Positions 26,493-39,587 are shown, counted from the stretch's first letter. The stretch: 64,000 nt of DNA from Octopus vulgaris (GCA_951406725.2 OX597824.1:70184001-70248000); one strand, 5' to 3'. The notes: generated by a model from the sequence alone, not told the origin. Made by a program: numbers and translations.

Positions 26493-27564
26493 ATAGGCAA
26501 ATACAAAATAAAATTTTTTAAAAAAACAGAAAAAGCAACAAAAATCAATTAGACGTACACAGTTCAATATATTAGACTGATACTCAATGAAAAGTTTTAG
26601 ACGGAAAAATAGGAGTAGAAGTGACTTTTTGAGTTTGGCTCTAGAGGAAAACGTCCTGAGCAAAGGAAAAGGTGGAGGAACCAGACAGTCTGGATAAAAG
26701 CATGTGTATCATATTCTTTTATTTTTTTTACACTTCTAATCGTTTCAGCCATGCGGCTGTGGTGATGCTGGATTCAGAAAATCGTATGGTTACCACAGGA
26801 AGTTCTTCTTACGGACTCGGCTAGTAGTCCATTCGGTAATCTAAAACAGCGAAAGGTAATGTGGAGGGGTAATGCAGCTGGAAGCCAGAAAATCCGGAAT
26901 ATATTTCTGAGGTGTGGTTGGAATGTGTGATGAAAATTTGAAAGTCTAAACGCGAGGTCTTTGACCTTTTGACCTTATTTGTAGCTCTCTATTTCTCGGT
27001 TTAATCTCTAAATCTCCAGCTGTTTTTCTTCCCACTTACCTATTCATATAACTACTTTGACTAAAAGTCAATAGATATTATATCTTTTTACATATTTTTT
27101 AAATAGTTTTCTAACTACTTCTCTTCTGACAACACTTCCTAGGTTTTTTAATTTTTTTTTTTTTATGCATTAAGGATAGTCAGTTCCTTGAAGTGATACG
27201 AAGCAGCATATTTTTATCTTTACAGATCAAACCATGTTAATTTTATCTCACCTCGGTCTTCCATACATTGTACAAATAAAGAGAAAATTCTGTGTATACT
27301 TACAGTTGAGTAATTAGTACAACTTTGATGTTCTGGTGACTTGATGAGCTGGCTTTCTTTATTTACGTTGATTTGTAAATATACAAATATATTGTATAAT
27401 GCCGAGCATACAAATTGATACAATCTTGTGGGTATATTTTTCTTCCACACTGAAATCGATACCACATGAAGAAAGTTGCGAAACGGCTGTAATCTTAAGT
27501 ATGACATGCAATTAAGTAAATGTATTTTCTCATATAACTCTCATACCTCCTGTCTTGAGTTTTA

Positions 27565-27807
27565 TGGAAAAGGATCCCATCACCTTTAAACGGAGTCTGA
27601 ACAGATTTCTTCAAGGAATACCGGATAAGCCACCCATACCTAGGTACAACTAACTCAACAAGAACTCACTACTTGAACGGATCATAAACAAACCTTGACT
27701 TAAACAGGATTTAGATAATCCTATCAGGTGGTGCTATTAAGTTAGACATGGCCTGGACCAATCTTTGGTCGAAACATATCTAAGTTTTATCTAAGTTCTA
27801 AGTTTTA
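27565..27807 (+). mobile_element. CR1/L2-group LINE 3' end fragment
   Basis: EKDPITFKRSLNRFLQGIPDKP...NSLLE motif, followed by a 3' UTR and a repeated ctaagtt tail. Confidence 0.7.
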
Positions 27808-27832
27808 TATACATATATATACATATATATAA

Positions 27833-28100
27833 GAATTCGGCTTATCCATAACGGTTACTACCAACCTGAGCATGGTCAAGTTCTTGGACGTAACCTTAGA
27901 CCTGAACCCTCACAGAAAGTCTAATGAAGAAATGGTATATATCCAAAAGAGCTCAAACCTCGCACCCCTGCTGTAATTAGAAACCTGGTTTCAGGCATTA
28001 GCAAACGGGTGTCTACACTCGCAGCCAACATGGAGATCATTAATAGGGTCGCCCCCCCACACACACACACACAATGATGCTTTGGCTAGGAGTGGATTTT
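27833..28100 (+). pseudogene. Penelope-like element reverse transcriptase fragment
   Basis: FGLSITVTTNLSMVKFLDVTLDLN..RKSNEEMVYIQKSSN / PAVIRNLVSGISKRVSTLAANMEIINRVAP...NDALARSGF. This is the FLDV...SNHP thumb region of PLE RTs, frameshifted. Confidence 0.8.
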
Positions 28101-28475
28101 CGAATAAGTCCTCTTCCTTCAGCCCAATGTCTCGTGTCATCTCTCTACCATTTCCCACACCCTGTTCATCATCATCAGTAGCAGCAACAGTATCAACATT
28201 ATCACTGTTGTCATCGTTGTCGTTGTCATCAGCATTATAATCATAATCCACCACCACAACTACCACTATCACTACAACAATGATCATCATCGTCGTCGTC
28301 GTCGTCGTCATCATCATCATCATCATCATTATCATCATCACCATTATCATTAAGATTATCATTAATATGGCAACGATGAGGAGTAGGAACGCGTCGCATT
28401 TGTGTCATCATCATCACCATCATCATCATCGCTGTTCTGCCATCATTACTGCCGCACCACCGCAGTCAGCATAAC

Positions 28476-28508
<33 letters not shown>

Positions 28509-29324
28509 TAACATCGTTATCCTGTCATCATTACTGCTGCACCACCGCAGTCAGCATAACCATCATCATCATCGTCACCCTGGTGTCATCATCATCATCA
28601 TCGTCGTGTCATCGTGTCGTCGTGCCATCGTGTCGTCGTCGTCGTCGTCGTCTTCGTGTCGTTGTTGTCGTCGTGGCCATCCGTGCCGTAAACATCATCA
28701 TCATCATCATCGTCATCATCGTGATCGTCATCATCATCGTTATCATCATCGTTATCATCATCGTCGTCGTCGTCGTTGTCATCGTTATCCCGGCACAACT
28801 GCAACCAGGTCGTCGTCATCGTCACCGTCACCACCGTCGTCGTCGTCGTAGGCGTCGTCATGATACTCTCTTCCGTCACAAATCATTCCAGCATAATGGG
28901 AGATGAGAAACAGATAAGAGCAATAAAAGTAATTATGACAGCAATCCAGCATTTCATACACCCACTTCCTTTCTCCCTCCGTCTCTCTGTCCCCCCCTCT
29001 CTCTCTCTCTCTCCCTTCCTCTATATATCTATCTATCTATCTCTCACATGTATATATATATATATGTTACTCTCTTTTACCCTGGTTCTTCTGGTTCCTC
29101 TGGTTCCCGACCCACTTCGCTAATTAAGCCTCACAAAAGATTCGCTCATGTGGAGCCAACAAACAGACCACATAAGACAAAACACACCAAACGACACAAT
29201 CAACCAACGATGAAACCACTTCCCCCAGGTCGTTCGATCTGCTAGAAATAGCATCCAAAATTTTCCTCTCAAGTTTCACTCTACCGTAACGAAATAAATA
29301 TAATAATCGTTTCTAATAAAGACA

Positions 29325-29845
29325 CTAAACGTGAAGTTTGCGAGGAAGGCACAAGTCGATTACATCGATCCCAGTGCTCCATTGGTACTTGATTTATCGA
29401 CCCCGAAAGGATAAAAGGCAAAGTCGACCTCGGCGGAATTTGAACTCAGAGCATAAAGACGGACGAAACACCGCTACGCATTTTGCCCGGCGTTGTAACG
29501 ATACTGCCACAAAGCTTAGGAACAACGTCAGCCATTTTGAATTGAATAGAGGTTAGTCGATATTATCAACTCTAGTGTCGCTTGATCTGCTAGAAATGGC
29601 ATACAAATTTCCCTCCTTCAAGTTCCACTCTACCGCATCGAGATAAATATAACGAGAATGGTTTCAGAACTTTGGCATAAGATTCAGCAATTTTGAGTAT
29701 ACGGTGGTTGGGATGGGGTTGGGGGTTAGTCGATATTTTTGACCCAGTATATGACTGGTACTTCATTTTATCGATCCCGAGGGGATTATAGACAAAGTAG
29801 ATCCCGGTAGAATTTGAACTCCGATCGTAAAGCTCAAAAGAAATG
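29325..29845 (-). mobile_element. Two SINE family A copies
   Basis: Reverse-complement cores at ~29385-29450 and ~29755-29820. Confidence 0.8.
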
Positions 29846-30996
29846 CCGCTAAACATTTTGTCTGGTGTGCTAACGATTCTGCCAGTAGGCCCGGATATAA
29901 AAGAAAAGTCGGTATGGTCACGGCTGGAATGTTTATTGTTACCGAGCTGTTCAACTGGGGATGACCTTGGACTAAACAATGTGTGGTAAGTAGCCTGCTT
30001 ACAAACCACATGGTTCCGGGTTCAGTCCCACTGTGTAGCACCTTGGGCACGTGTCTTTTGCTATAGCCTCGGGTGGTGGTGGTGGTGGTGGTGGTGACGG
30101 TGATGGTTGTGGTGGCGATGAGAAAGAGGGTCATGGTGATGGTAATGGTAATGATGGTGATGATGGTATGATGATGGCGATGATGGCGATGATGGTAATG
30201 ATGGCGATGATGGCGGTGATGGCACTAAATAGTGAACGCCTCTGATGTTGCCTACTTAAAAAAATCAACAAAAACAGTTGCAACGAATCTGCCCTCCTCT
30301 CCTCCCTTCTTCCTCCTGCCCCTCACTCCCCTTCACTCTTCTCCTCCTCCTCCTCCTCCTCCTACTTTAACCACTCTACTGCCACCACCCCACTTCTACT
30401 TTCTCTGCTGCGCTCTACAATCTCCAGCCTCCCACCACCCCTTCAGCCTCACTTCAGAAATCTTAATGTTGCTATGGTAATTAAGGTTACTTGCTCCATC
30501 ATTAGCGGAACGTCTGCACTGAACGCTGGATGGTTGCTAAGCTTGCGATCCTGACTGTCCCCTAATCGATCCTCCCCACTTCGATTTGGTCGCTATGTTG
30601 GTTCCCCTTGCCACCATCTTGCATTGTTCCTTTCGGACATTTAGGTGCTTACTACGAGATTCTGCTCAAGACAGCTGTAGTAAAGAAGCTTCATAAATTG
30701 ACAAGAATGTATGTATGTATGTATGTATGTATGTATGTATGTATGTATGTATGTATGTATGTTTGTATGTATGTATGTGTGTATGTATGTATGTATGTAT
30801 GTATGTGTACATACATACATACAAAACCAAAAATGAGAAAGCTAATTCGAAGACTACTGATCCAATCCATCACTGGAACTGTATAAATCTGTAAAACTTT
30901 CCAGAAGTTTATCATTTATGAGCATGTGTAGATATGCAACAATATGCATGAGAATACATACATAAAGCAAAACATACAAATCTGCACACATACATG

Positions 30997-31348
30997 CATA
31001 CATACATACATACATACATACATACATACATACATACATACATACATACATACATACATACATACATACATACATACATACAAAATACCCTGTGGTTGGT
31101 GTTGAAATTCCAGTGAAGGAGCCTTGGATCTAGGTTAGAAACCGGTTCTTTCTCTATTGGCAAGAAATCTTTAAACAAACTGAATAATGACATACATACA
31201 TACATACATACATACACACATACATACACGCATACATACATACATACATACATACATACATACATACATACATACATACATACTTACATACCTACATACC
31301 TACATACATACACACATACATACATACATACATACATACATACATACA

Positions 31349-31378
<30 letters not shown>
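30997..31378. repeat. (TACA)n arrays with an embedded ~110 bp unique module (31081-31190)
   Basis: Direct read. Confidence 0.9.
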
Positions 31379-31379
<1 letters not shown>

Positions 31380-31380
<1 letters not shown>

Positions 31381-31557
31381 GGTGCAAGCACGGCTATGTG
31401 GTAAGAAGCTTGGTTCCCAACCTCATGGTTCTGGGTTCAGTCCCACAGCATGGCACCTTGGGCACGTGTCTTCTACTGTAGCCTCGGACCGACCAAAGCC
31501 TTGTAAGTGGATCTGGTAGACGGGAACTGAAAGATGTCCGTCGTATACATATGTATA

Positions 31558-31614
<57 letters not shown>

Positions 31615-31822
31615 TTGTGTGTCTGTGTTTGTCCCCACCCCCACTATCGCTTGACAACCGATGGTGATGTTTTTACGTCTCCCGTAACTTAGCGTTTCGG
31701 CAAAAGAGACCGATAGAAAGTGTACTAGACTTACAAAGAATACGTCCTGGGATCGATTTCTTCGACTAAAACCCCTCAAAGTGGTGTTCAGGTATGGCCG
31801 CAATCAAATGACTGAAACAAAT
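31380..31822 (+). mobile_element. Full-length SINE family B
   Basis: Colinear with 9431-9900, including the internal (TG)n. Confidence 0.9.
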
Positions 31823-31827
31823 CAAAA

Positions 31828-31868
<41 letters not shown>

Positions 31869-32142
31869 GTCAATCGTAGTACCATAATCCGAAAAAGAAG
31901 CTAACTCTAAAACATGGAGCACTATTGTATTTATATGTAGTTAAGCCTATGTCCGGTCATAGAGTGACCAATGGTCTCGCATCCATAAAGGGGTTAACCC
32001 CATGGACAGCTCAAATGTAACTCTTCATTTCTGGGAGGTAAGAATCCGTTATGGTCAGTTAGTCAGTAAGTCACCGGGGTTGGCGAGGACGTATGTATAT
32101 ATGTATGCATTTGTATATATATGCATGTATGTATATATATAA

Positions 32143-32220
<78 letters not shown>

Positions 32221-32700
32221 TTCCAGGATTCAAACGAATTAGGTATGTATTCCTGTGAAAGCACCAAAGTCAGGTCGGTTGATATCGCTATCATGTACAA
32301 CCTATATTTGAAGACAAATACATACTTAGATCGTTAGCTATTACACATGCTTTATTTTCTCTCCTTGTTTCCTTCTGTGCTCCTTTCTGTGGAAGAGCGT
32401 AGGCTCAAAACGTTAAAAACTTTTTCACTTCCCGATGGTTACTCTAATAAATCTGTTGTCTACACCACCTGTTTTCGTCTTTTTTTTTTTGTGAATTCTT
32501 CCCTTATCAAAGTAAACACGGATTTGTGTTCCAGTTGTGCGTACAATCACAAATGGCCAACTGAATATAGAACGAGTCATCAAGGCCACATATGAGTACA
32601 AATACTGCACCCATTGCACTACATTCAATAGACTCTCGATCCAAGAGAATTGCAGCTTCCGAGTTACGTGACTGATAAACAAATAACGAAATGGATTATG

Positions 32701-32790
32701 ATTCACTACAACTGTTTCTGACGTGTCTTTTATTAATGAATAAAAGTGATGCATCATGCAAAAAAAAAATGGAACTTTCATCAGGTGAAT
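32701..32790 (-). ncRNA. Candidate type I hammerhead ribozyme with enlarged domain II
   Basis: Minus strand: ATTCAC-CTGATGA-[~60 nt]-GAA-AC-AGTT-GT-A-GTGAAT. 6-bp stem I, canonical core, GUA cleavage triplet. Stem II closure is poor. Confidence 0.5.
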
Positions 32791-32982
32791 ACATGTAAGA
32801 ATTAAACATTCTGAATACCTCAATAACAAGTACTAGGTGCCATTTTGACTCTACCGACCAAACTTCGGTCAGAGAGGAGCTATTTTTTTGCATGATGTAG
32901 CACTTATGTTCATCAATAAAAAATCACGTCTGAAACAGCTGTAGGGGACCACAATCTATCTGTTGCAATTTGTTTATATATA

Positions 32983-33212
32983 CAGAAAATAAAGGGTTTC
33001 GCGAATGCAGGAAGGCTGTGAGGACAGCTTGAAGGATCGAGTAGAATACCCTTTAGATGACGCGAAAAAGTGGCCAGCAAATCTCCACAAAGAATCGACC
33101 TCTGGGCTTCTCTACAGGGAAGCTTCTACAGGCTTCCGTTCACTGAAGAACACCCAATTTTCTAAGCAGTCCTGATAGCCTTCCTGCGTTCACGAATTCC
33201 TTTTATTTTCTG
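32983..33212. mobile_element. Tc1/mariner-type MITE
   Basis: TA|CAGAAAATAAA...TTTATTTTCTG|TA with ~50 bp imperfect TIRs (32981-33030, 33164-33214). Confidence 0.75.
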
Positions 33213-33237
33213 TAGATTACCGCTAAGTTTGTTTAAA

Positions 33238-33336
<99 letters not shown>

Positions 33337-33364
33337 CATACATACATACCGAAAAAACGTCACA

Positions 33365-33406
33365 AACTGTTACTCAGAGTTTCACATTCCCGTTTGTCGG
33401 ACAGTT
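33365..33406 (-). ncRNA. Degenerate minimal type I hammerhead ribozyme
   Basis: AACTGT-CCGACAA-ACG-GGAA-TGT-GAA-ACT-CTG-AGT-A-ACAGTT. All three stems can form. The core has two deviations from CUGANGA. Confidence 0.55.
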
Positions 33407-33647
33407 GCATTTTTAGATATTTTGTGTTACGCAAACAAGTGATGCACTGTAGCAAACAACTCCAAATGGTTATTAGAGATTCTACATAGTTTTGAAATGC
33501 TTTAACCGAGGAAAGTTTACGTAATGAATGCATTTTCTATTATATATTGTATTATGCAAACTTGAAATGTACGTATTAAACGTATTCCAAGTATCAGTTT
33601 TCAACACACACATACACACACACACGCACACACATACATATACATAT

Positions 33648-33850
33648 AGGTGCAGGAGTGGGTGTGTGCTTAATAAGTTTGCTTTCCAGCCACATGGTTC
33701 TGGAATCAGTCCCACGGCATGTCACCTTGGGCAGGTGTTTTCTATTGTAATATCAGATCAACCAAAGCCAAAACTGAATTTGGTAGATGGAAACTGAAAG
33801 ACACTCGTTGTGTGTGTGTGTGTGCGTGCATTTCTTTGTGTTTCTGTCCC
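33648..33850 (+). mobile_element. SINE family B, diverged 5' half
   Basis: Family B head through the TG tract. Confidence 0.75.
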
Positions 33851-34209
33851 TCCTATATATATATATATACAGTGTACATTTAAACACATAAGAGGTAACT
33901 ATCATAGTATACCTGGCACGCTAGAAGGTATAGCCAAAATCCAAACCACTATTAGGGATAAATTTCGAAGGGAATGAAAAGTAAAAACATTTACCATCTA
34001 TCTCCTGGACCATGGTTTCTGACTCTATATTAGCAAATAAAAAAATTTGCTAGGCGAAGTCTTCATCAACAGGTACACCAAGATTAAATATATAAATATG
34101 AGGCAATCCATCATGTGCCCCGTGCATATATATTATAATTTTTCAAATCCATCGTGCAAGCACAGTTTTTTGTCGGCAGTAAATAAAATAATGCCGGCGT
34201 GATACCCTG

Positions 34210-34261
<52 letters not shown>

Positions 34262-34270
<9 letters not shown>

Positions 34271-35052
34271 AAATGAAGAAAATGCTGACAAAATAATTGA
34301 AGTAATTTAAGTAATTTAATTAGGTGAAAGTTCTTTTTACCGGTTGCGCATTTGTTATGCTTATCAAAATATAAAAGAGAGATTAGAGTTCCTTCCTTCC
34401 TGATTTTTTCCTCTTATCTGACTTTATCGCACACGTACACACGTACATACATACAGCTCTCCCTGTCCTAAACGAACTTACTTATCCAGCTCAAATTCAG
34501 TCAAGCGGAAAATACACTCCCTAACTACGCGCTAAAAAGCTATTTAACATATCCACATGACGTCTACTGACCAGCCTGAACAATGAGAATTTTCAACAAC
34601 GCTATTTTCGAAAATTCTGAACATTCACGTGACCACATCCACGTGACCTCTTTATTATGGCCAATAAGAAATTTTAGGCGGGACACTAGCCAAATTTTAA
34701 CTTCTCTGGAGCCTTTTTTCTTACCCCAACACCAACTTCCATTCAAACATTCACGTGACCCTTCATAATGACCAATCAAAATTGTATTGACCATTGTCCA
34801 CAAGAAATTTTAGGCGCGAAACCAAGCAAATCCAAAACAACTCTGGAGCCTCTTTTTTTCACATATAAGAGACAGCAAACCCAACATAAAGTCAGATAAG
34901 AGGAAAAAATCAGGAAGGAAGGAACTCCAATCTCTCTTTTATATTTTGATAAGCATAACAAATGCGCAACCGGTAAAAAGAACTTCACCTAATTAAATTA
35001 CTTAAATTACTTCAATTATTTTGTCAGCATTTTCTTCATTTCCTTTTTTATA
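34262..35052. mobile_element. Foldback element with ~165 bp near-perfect TIRs inserted in (TA)n
   Basis: 34262-34427 is the reverse complement of ~34886-35051 with only a few differences. Confidence 0.9.
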
Positions 35053-35089
35053 TATCACAACTCGTGTTAGACATCTCCTTTTTTTAAAT

Positions 35090-35123
<34 letters not shown>

Positions 35124-35196
35124 AATATTAGGGAGTATAACTCCAAACTTACAGGGGAAAAATTCAGTTTAGTAATAAATCAATAAATATATAAGA

Positions 35197-35450
35197 TATA
35201 TAAATTAGAGAAAAACCACTATTATATAATTCAAACCATATCATATAGAAAAAAATAAAATATAAAACATAACTAGATCACATATAGTACAAAAAAATGA
35301 ATAAACAATATATAATAAATATCATTATATTATTATATATTGTGTATTCATTTTTTTGTACTTTTTGTGATCTAGTTATGTTTTAGATTTTATTTTTTTC
35401 TATATGATATGGTTTGAATTATATAATAGTGGATTTCTCTAATTTATATA
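35197..35450. repeat. Long AT-rich palindrome, ~120 bp arms and ~12 nt spacer
   Basis: taaattagagaaa..ccactattatataattcaaaccatatcatatag... is mirrored with about five small mismatches. Confidence 0.9.
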
Positions 35451-35831
35451 TATATATATATGGGTATTTTGGTTGGGAACCTATTCTAAGAGGAATTCAC
35501 TGATCAATTATCCACTGAGCAGAATACAAAGGAACAATCTACTGGATTCCAGTGCTACCACGCTTAATTATTCAAACTGGTCTTTCCATAAGTCACAGGA
35601 TACGTTCCTCATGCAACTGTAAATGCTGTTCACACTGCCATAGTTCAATAGTCTTATTCCCGTCTGGCTGTAAAAGTCTGCTTGCCTATAAAGATCAGCG
35701 ATCTCTGTAAGGAATTAAAAAAGTGGTTTTTGAGTATGTATGTTATGTAAGGTTTCATAAAGAATACTTAGAGCAATTGAGTGATGTTAGCGCTAGAATA
35801 CAGTACAGAAACCAAACACACACACACTGTG

Positions 35832-36244
35832 CGGCGAGCTGGCAGAAACGTTAGCACGCCGGGCATAATGCTTAGCGGTATTTCGTCTGCCGCTGCGTTC
35901 TGAGTTCAAATTCAGCCGAGGTTGACTTTGCCTTTCATCCTTTCGGGGTCGATAAATTAAGTACCAGTGACGCACTGGGGTCGATGTAATCGACTTAATC
36001 CGTTTGTCTGTACTTGTTTGTCCCCTCTAAGTTTGGCCTCTTGCGGGTAATAAAGAAATAGGCATTTCGTCTGCCGTTACGTTCCGAGTTCAAATTCCGT
36101 CGAGGTTGACTTTGCCTTTCATCCTTTCGGGGTCGATAAATTTAGTACCAGTGACGCACTGGGGTCGATGTAATTGACTTAATCCCTTTGTTTGTCCTTG
36201 TTTGTCCCCTCTCTGTTTAGCCCCTTGTGGGCAATAAAGAAATA
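35832..36244 (+). mobile_element. Dimeric SINE family A
   Basis: A full monomer plus a head-less second monomer. A single flanking duplication acacactgtg at 35822-35831 and 36245-36254. Confidence 0.9.
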
Positions 36245-36545
36245 ACACACTGTGACTCAGTGAGAGCCATAATAATTTATCATTTTATCTACATCAAGAA
36301 GTACACAATATGGACAATGCGGCGGGTAATATCAAATTCGAAATTAGTTACAAGTTGCACCTGGGTAGGTAATGTGAAATCGATTGCTGTGCTGTTTAGC
36401 TCCAAGTCAACATTGATTGAATAGACCTATGCTCAAAGACATTCCAGCCATGAGCATCCTGTTCTGTTTTTACTCTATATGATGGAAAACTGGATCACCA
36501 TGCAAATTACCAAGCAAAAAGAATCAGAACATGTAGTTTCCTTTT

Positions 36546-36774
36546 TAGTTCCTTTCGTTACTGTATTTATTTTGAGATGCTCTGTGTTTCTTTCAATTAT
36601 TTTAGATATAACAAAGAATTAAGTAAAATAACTTGGTTATCATTAAGCTAGTGTTAGGAACATAAATTGTGACTAATGTTTCGTGGAAGATTTTAACTCA
36701 AAACTTATGAAAACAGGACATTTGTACTACAAAGTCAGAGCCGGTTTCAGCTGGGTTGGTATCAAAAGGGTTAA
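36546..36774. mobile_element. piggyBac-like MITE, diverged
   Basis: Right end ...gtatcaaaaGGG-TTAA, left end degenerate ..ttcctttcgttac. Confidence 0.5.
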
Positions 36775-36943
36775 TGTCTGCCCTCACTTTTTTTTAGTGT
36801 AGTAGGGTAGAATTGTCCTTCTCTCTCCTTTGACTAAACAGTAAAACGAAAAACAAAGAAAAAGATACCAAAAGGTCAGATGATGTTAGACCAGGTGATG
36901 AAAGAAATCTTCAAGCCATTATCTATATCAGGTTAGTTCCAAT

Positions 36944-37145
36944 AAGGCAGCGAGCTGGCAGACACATTAGCGCGCCGGGCGAAATGCTTAGCAGTATCTC
37001 GTCTGTTGTTACGTTCTGAGTTCAAATTCCGCTGAGGTCGACTTTGCCTTTCATCCTTTCAGGGTCGAGTACCAGTTTCGCACTGGGGTGAATGTAATCG
37101 ACTTAATCCCTTTGTCTGTCCTTGTTTGTCCCCTCTATGTTTAGC
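36944..37145 (+). mobile_element. SINE family A
   Basis: Family A head, core and tail. Confidence 0.85.
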
Positions 37146-39587
37146 ACTATTCTTATCTCTATCGTTGCAGGGCAGTCACTGTGATTAATACCATGTTGGG
37201 GTACCCAGAATAGGGTACTGCTAACCAGCTCCTCTTTAATTCAGCAGTGTCCAGCAAAGCAATTTCTTTTCTAAGATTTTATGATTGATTGATTGATTGA
37301 TTCTAGTTTCAGCTTATGAGCTGTGGCCATGCTGGGGCACCGCCATGTACAATTTTTCTGTATTAGGGAATGTTCTTTCTGAGATATATTCAGAACTATA
37401 TGAGCTGTGCACTCAATACATCCAGCATAGTTTCAAGCTTTTCCAAGTAAAAGAACCTTAAGGCAACACTGATTCAACCACTGTCCAGAAGAGGTCTTTT
37501 GCTCAAATTCTCACAGAACACAGATGTTAATATTATGCAGAGTTTCAAGAGTAAATCATTTATAAAGATTAAAAATTAGAGAAAAATAGTAGAAATAAAA
37601 AGAATAATAACAAACTCACAAAAACAAGCAAGAAATAGTTTTATAATTTATTTAGATTTCTGAAAGGTATTTTTATAAATTAAAACTTCAAGATTTAAAA
37701 ACATACACAGCAAGGGGAAAATCTTTTGTTTGTATATTTATTTAGTTCTGTATTTCTTTTTTCTCTTTTTTTTTTTTGTTTCAGATTTTATTTATTTTTC
37801 TTTTTTGTGATATTATTATATTTGTTCTTGTTATTATCATTATTATTAGTATTATTATTATTATTAAACATTTTTTCTTCTTTCCTTTTTTTTTTATTTC
37901 AGAAATTCTTCAACATGTCTCATAGAAAGGTGGTGGAACCAGCTATCATAATGGGTAGATATACAGTTATGTACATACATATATACATATGCAGAATATA
38001 TATATATACATACATATATATGTATATATATGTATATATATATATATATATATATGGATATACATATATGTATACGCATATATATATATATATATACACA
38101 CGCACACATATATATATATACATATGTAAAGATAGATAGTTACATGTACAGATGGAACCAAGTTAGAGACGGTACCAAATATTTTTATACACTCATTCAT
38201 ATATACATATTATGTATGTGTATGTATATGTATATGCATATATATGTATGTATGTATTCATATATGCATATTATGTATGTGCGTGTATATGTATATATAT
38301 GTATGTATATATATATATACACATACATATATACATATATATATATGTAACAAAAACCAAAAAATGTGAGGTTTTTAGCATGTTTATGAGTCATTTATTT
38401 CAAAGTAAATAAATATGCTGTGAGAGGTTTCTACTGTATATATTTCTTTTCATTCAGATAGTATATATCCTTTACTTCATACACACACATGTGTGTTTGT
38501 TATATGTGTCATTATGCATGTATGTGCCTGTGTATACTGTGTATATATATATATATAAACACACATATACATTTATATATATATATTTATATATGCATAT
38601 ATACATATATATGTATACATATATATATATATACACACACACACTCATATATATGCACGTTTATTTGTGTAGATTTTCGAGGAAACTCTATTAATAAAAA
38701 AAAATATAACACAGAAAGATTGTATGATGAAGAGGGACGGGCAGTTGAAACAAAAATCATGTCTATGTATGTATGTATATACATATATACACACACATAT
38801 ATATATACATATATACACACACAATATGCACACATATATATATACATATATGTATATATATATACACAGATGTATTTATTTGCGTATGTAAATATATATG
38901 TATGTTTGTTTATTTATTTGCACACATATGCAAATGAATATAAACATATACATACAGGTGTTCACGTATATAATGTCACATATAAAAACCAATGAACCCA
39001 CCATGAAGCTGAAGGGTCACTCAATACTTTTCCAAAGAATACCATATTTAAATATTTTAACCAGGAAAAGATTGCTCATGATAGTGACTTCGAAGGTTTC
39101 ATTTATCTGCCATCATATGTACATGCATGTATGTGTATGTTTGTATATATATACATATAAATATATATATATAAATGTATGTATATATATATACAAATGT
39201 GTGTGTATATATATATATGCGTGTGAGTGTATATACATAAATATATATGCCTGTGTTTATGTGTATGAGCATATATATGCTCCTATATTTTGACCAGGTA
39301 TGCAAGGACATGGTCGTACATTGTGTGAAAGGATTTCAGTGAATTACTGGTATTGCTCACAGTGATTCAACATTGGAAGTTTTAAGATATGGCTTAAATG
39401 TACCCATGCAGTTAGATTACATTTGTTATCTTTTGCATCTTCTCCACTGCCCTATATGTACGTATATGAATGTATATATGTATGTATCTATGTATGTAGG
39501 TAGGTAGGGTGTAGGTATATGTGTTACATATTATGATAGATGGCTCTATAAACAGATAGGGGAGGAAAAAATGTGAAGCTGTTTAAA

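Noticed and set aside
39003-39115. SECIS element
   Set aside because: Neither ATGA has an opposing GA for the non-Watson-Crick quartet, and no selenoprotein gene is evident.
39331-39376. Hairpin as pre-miRNA
   Set aside because: Too short (~46 nt), 5-nt loop and many mismatches.
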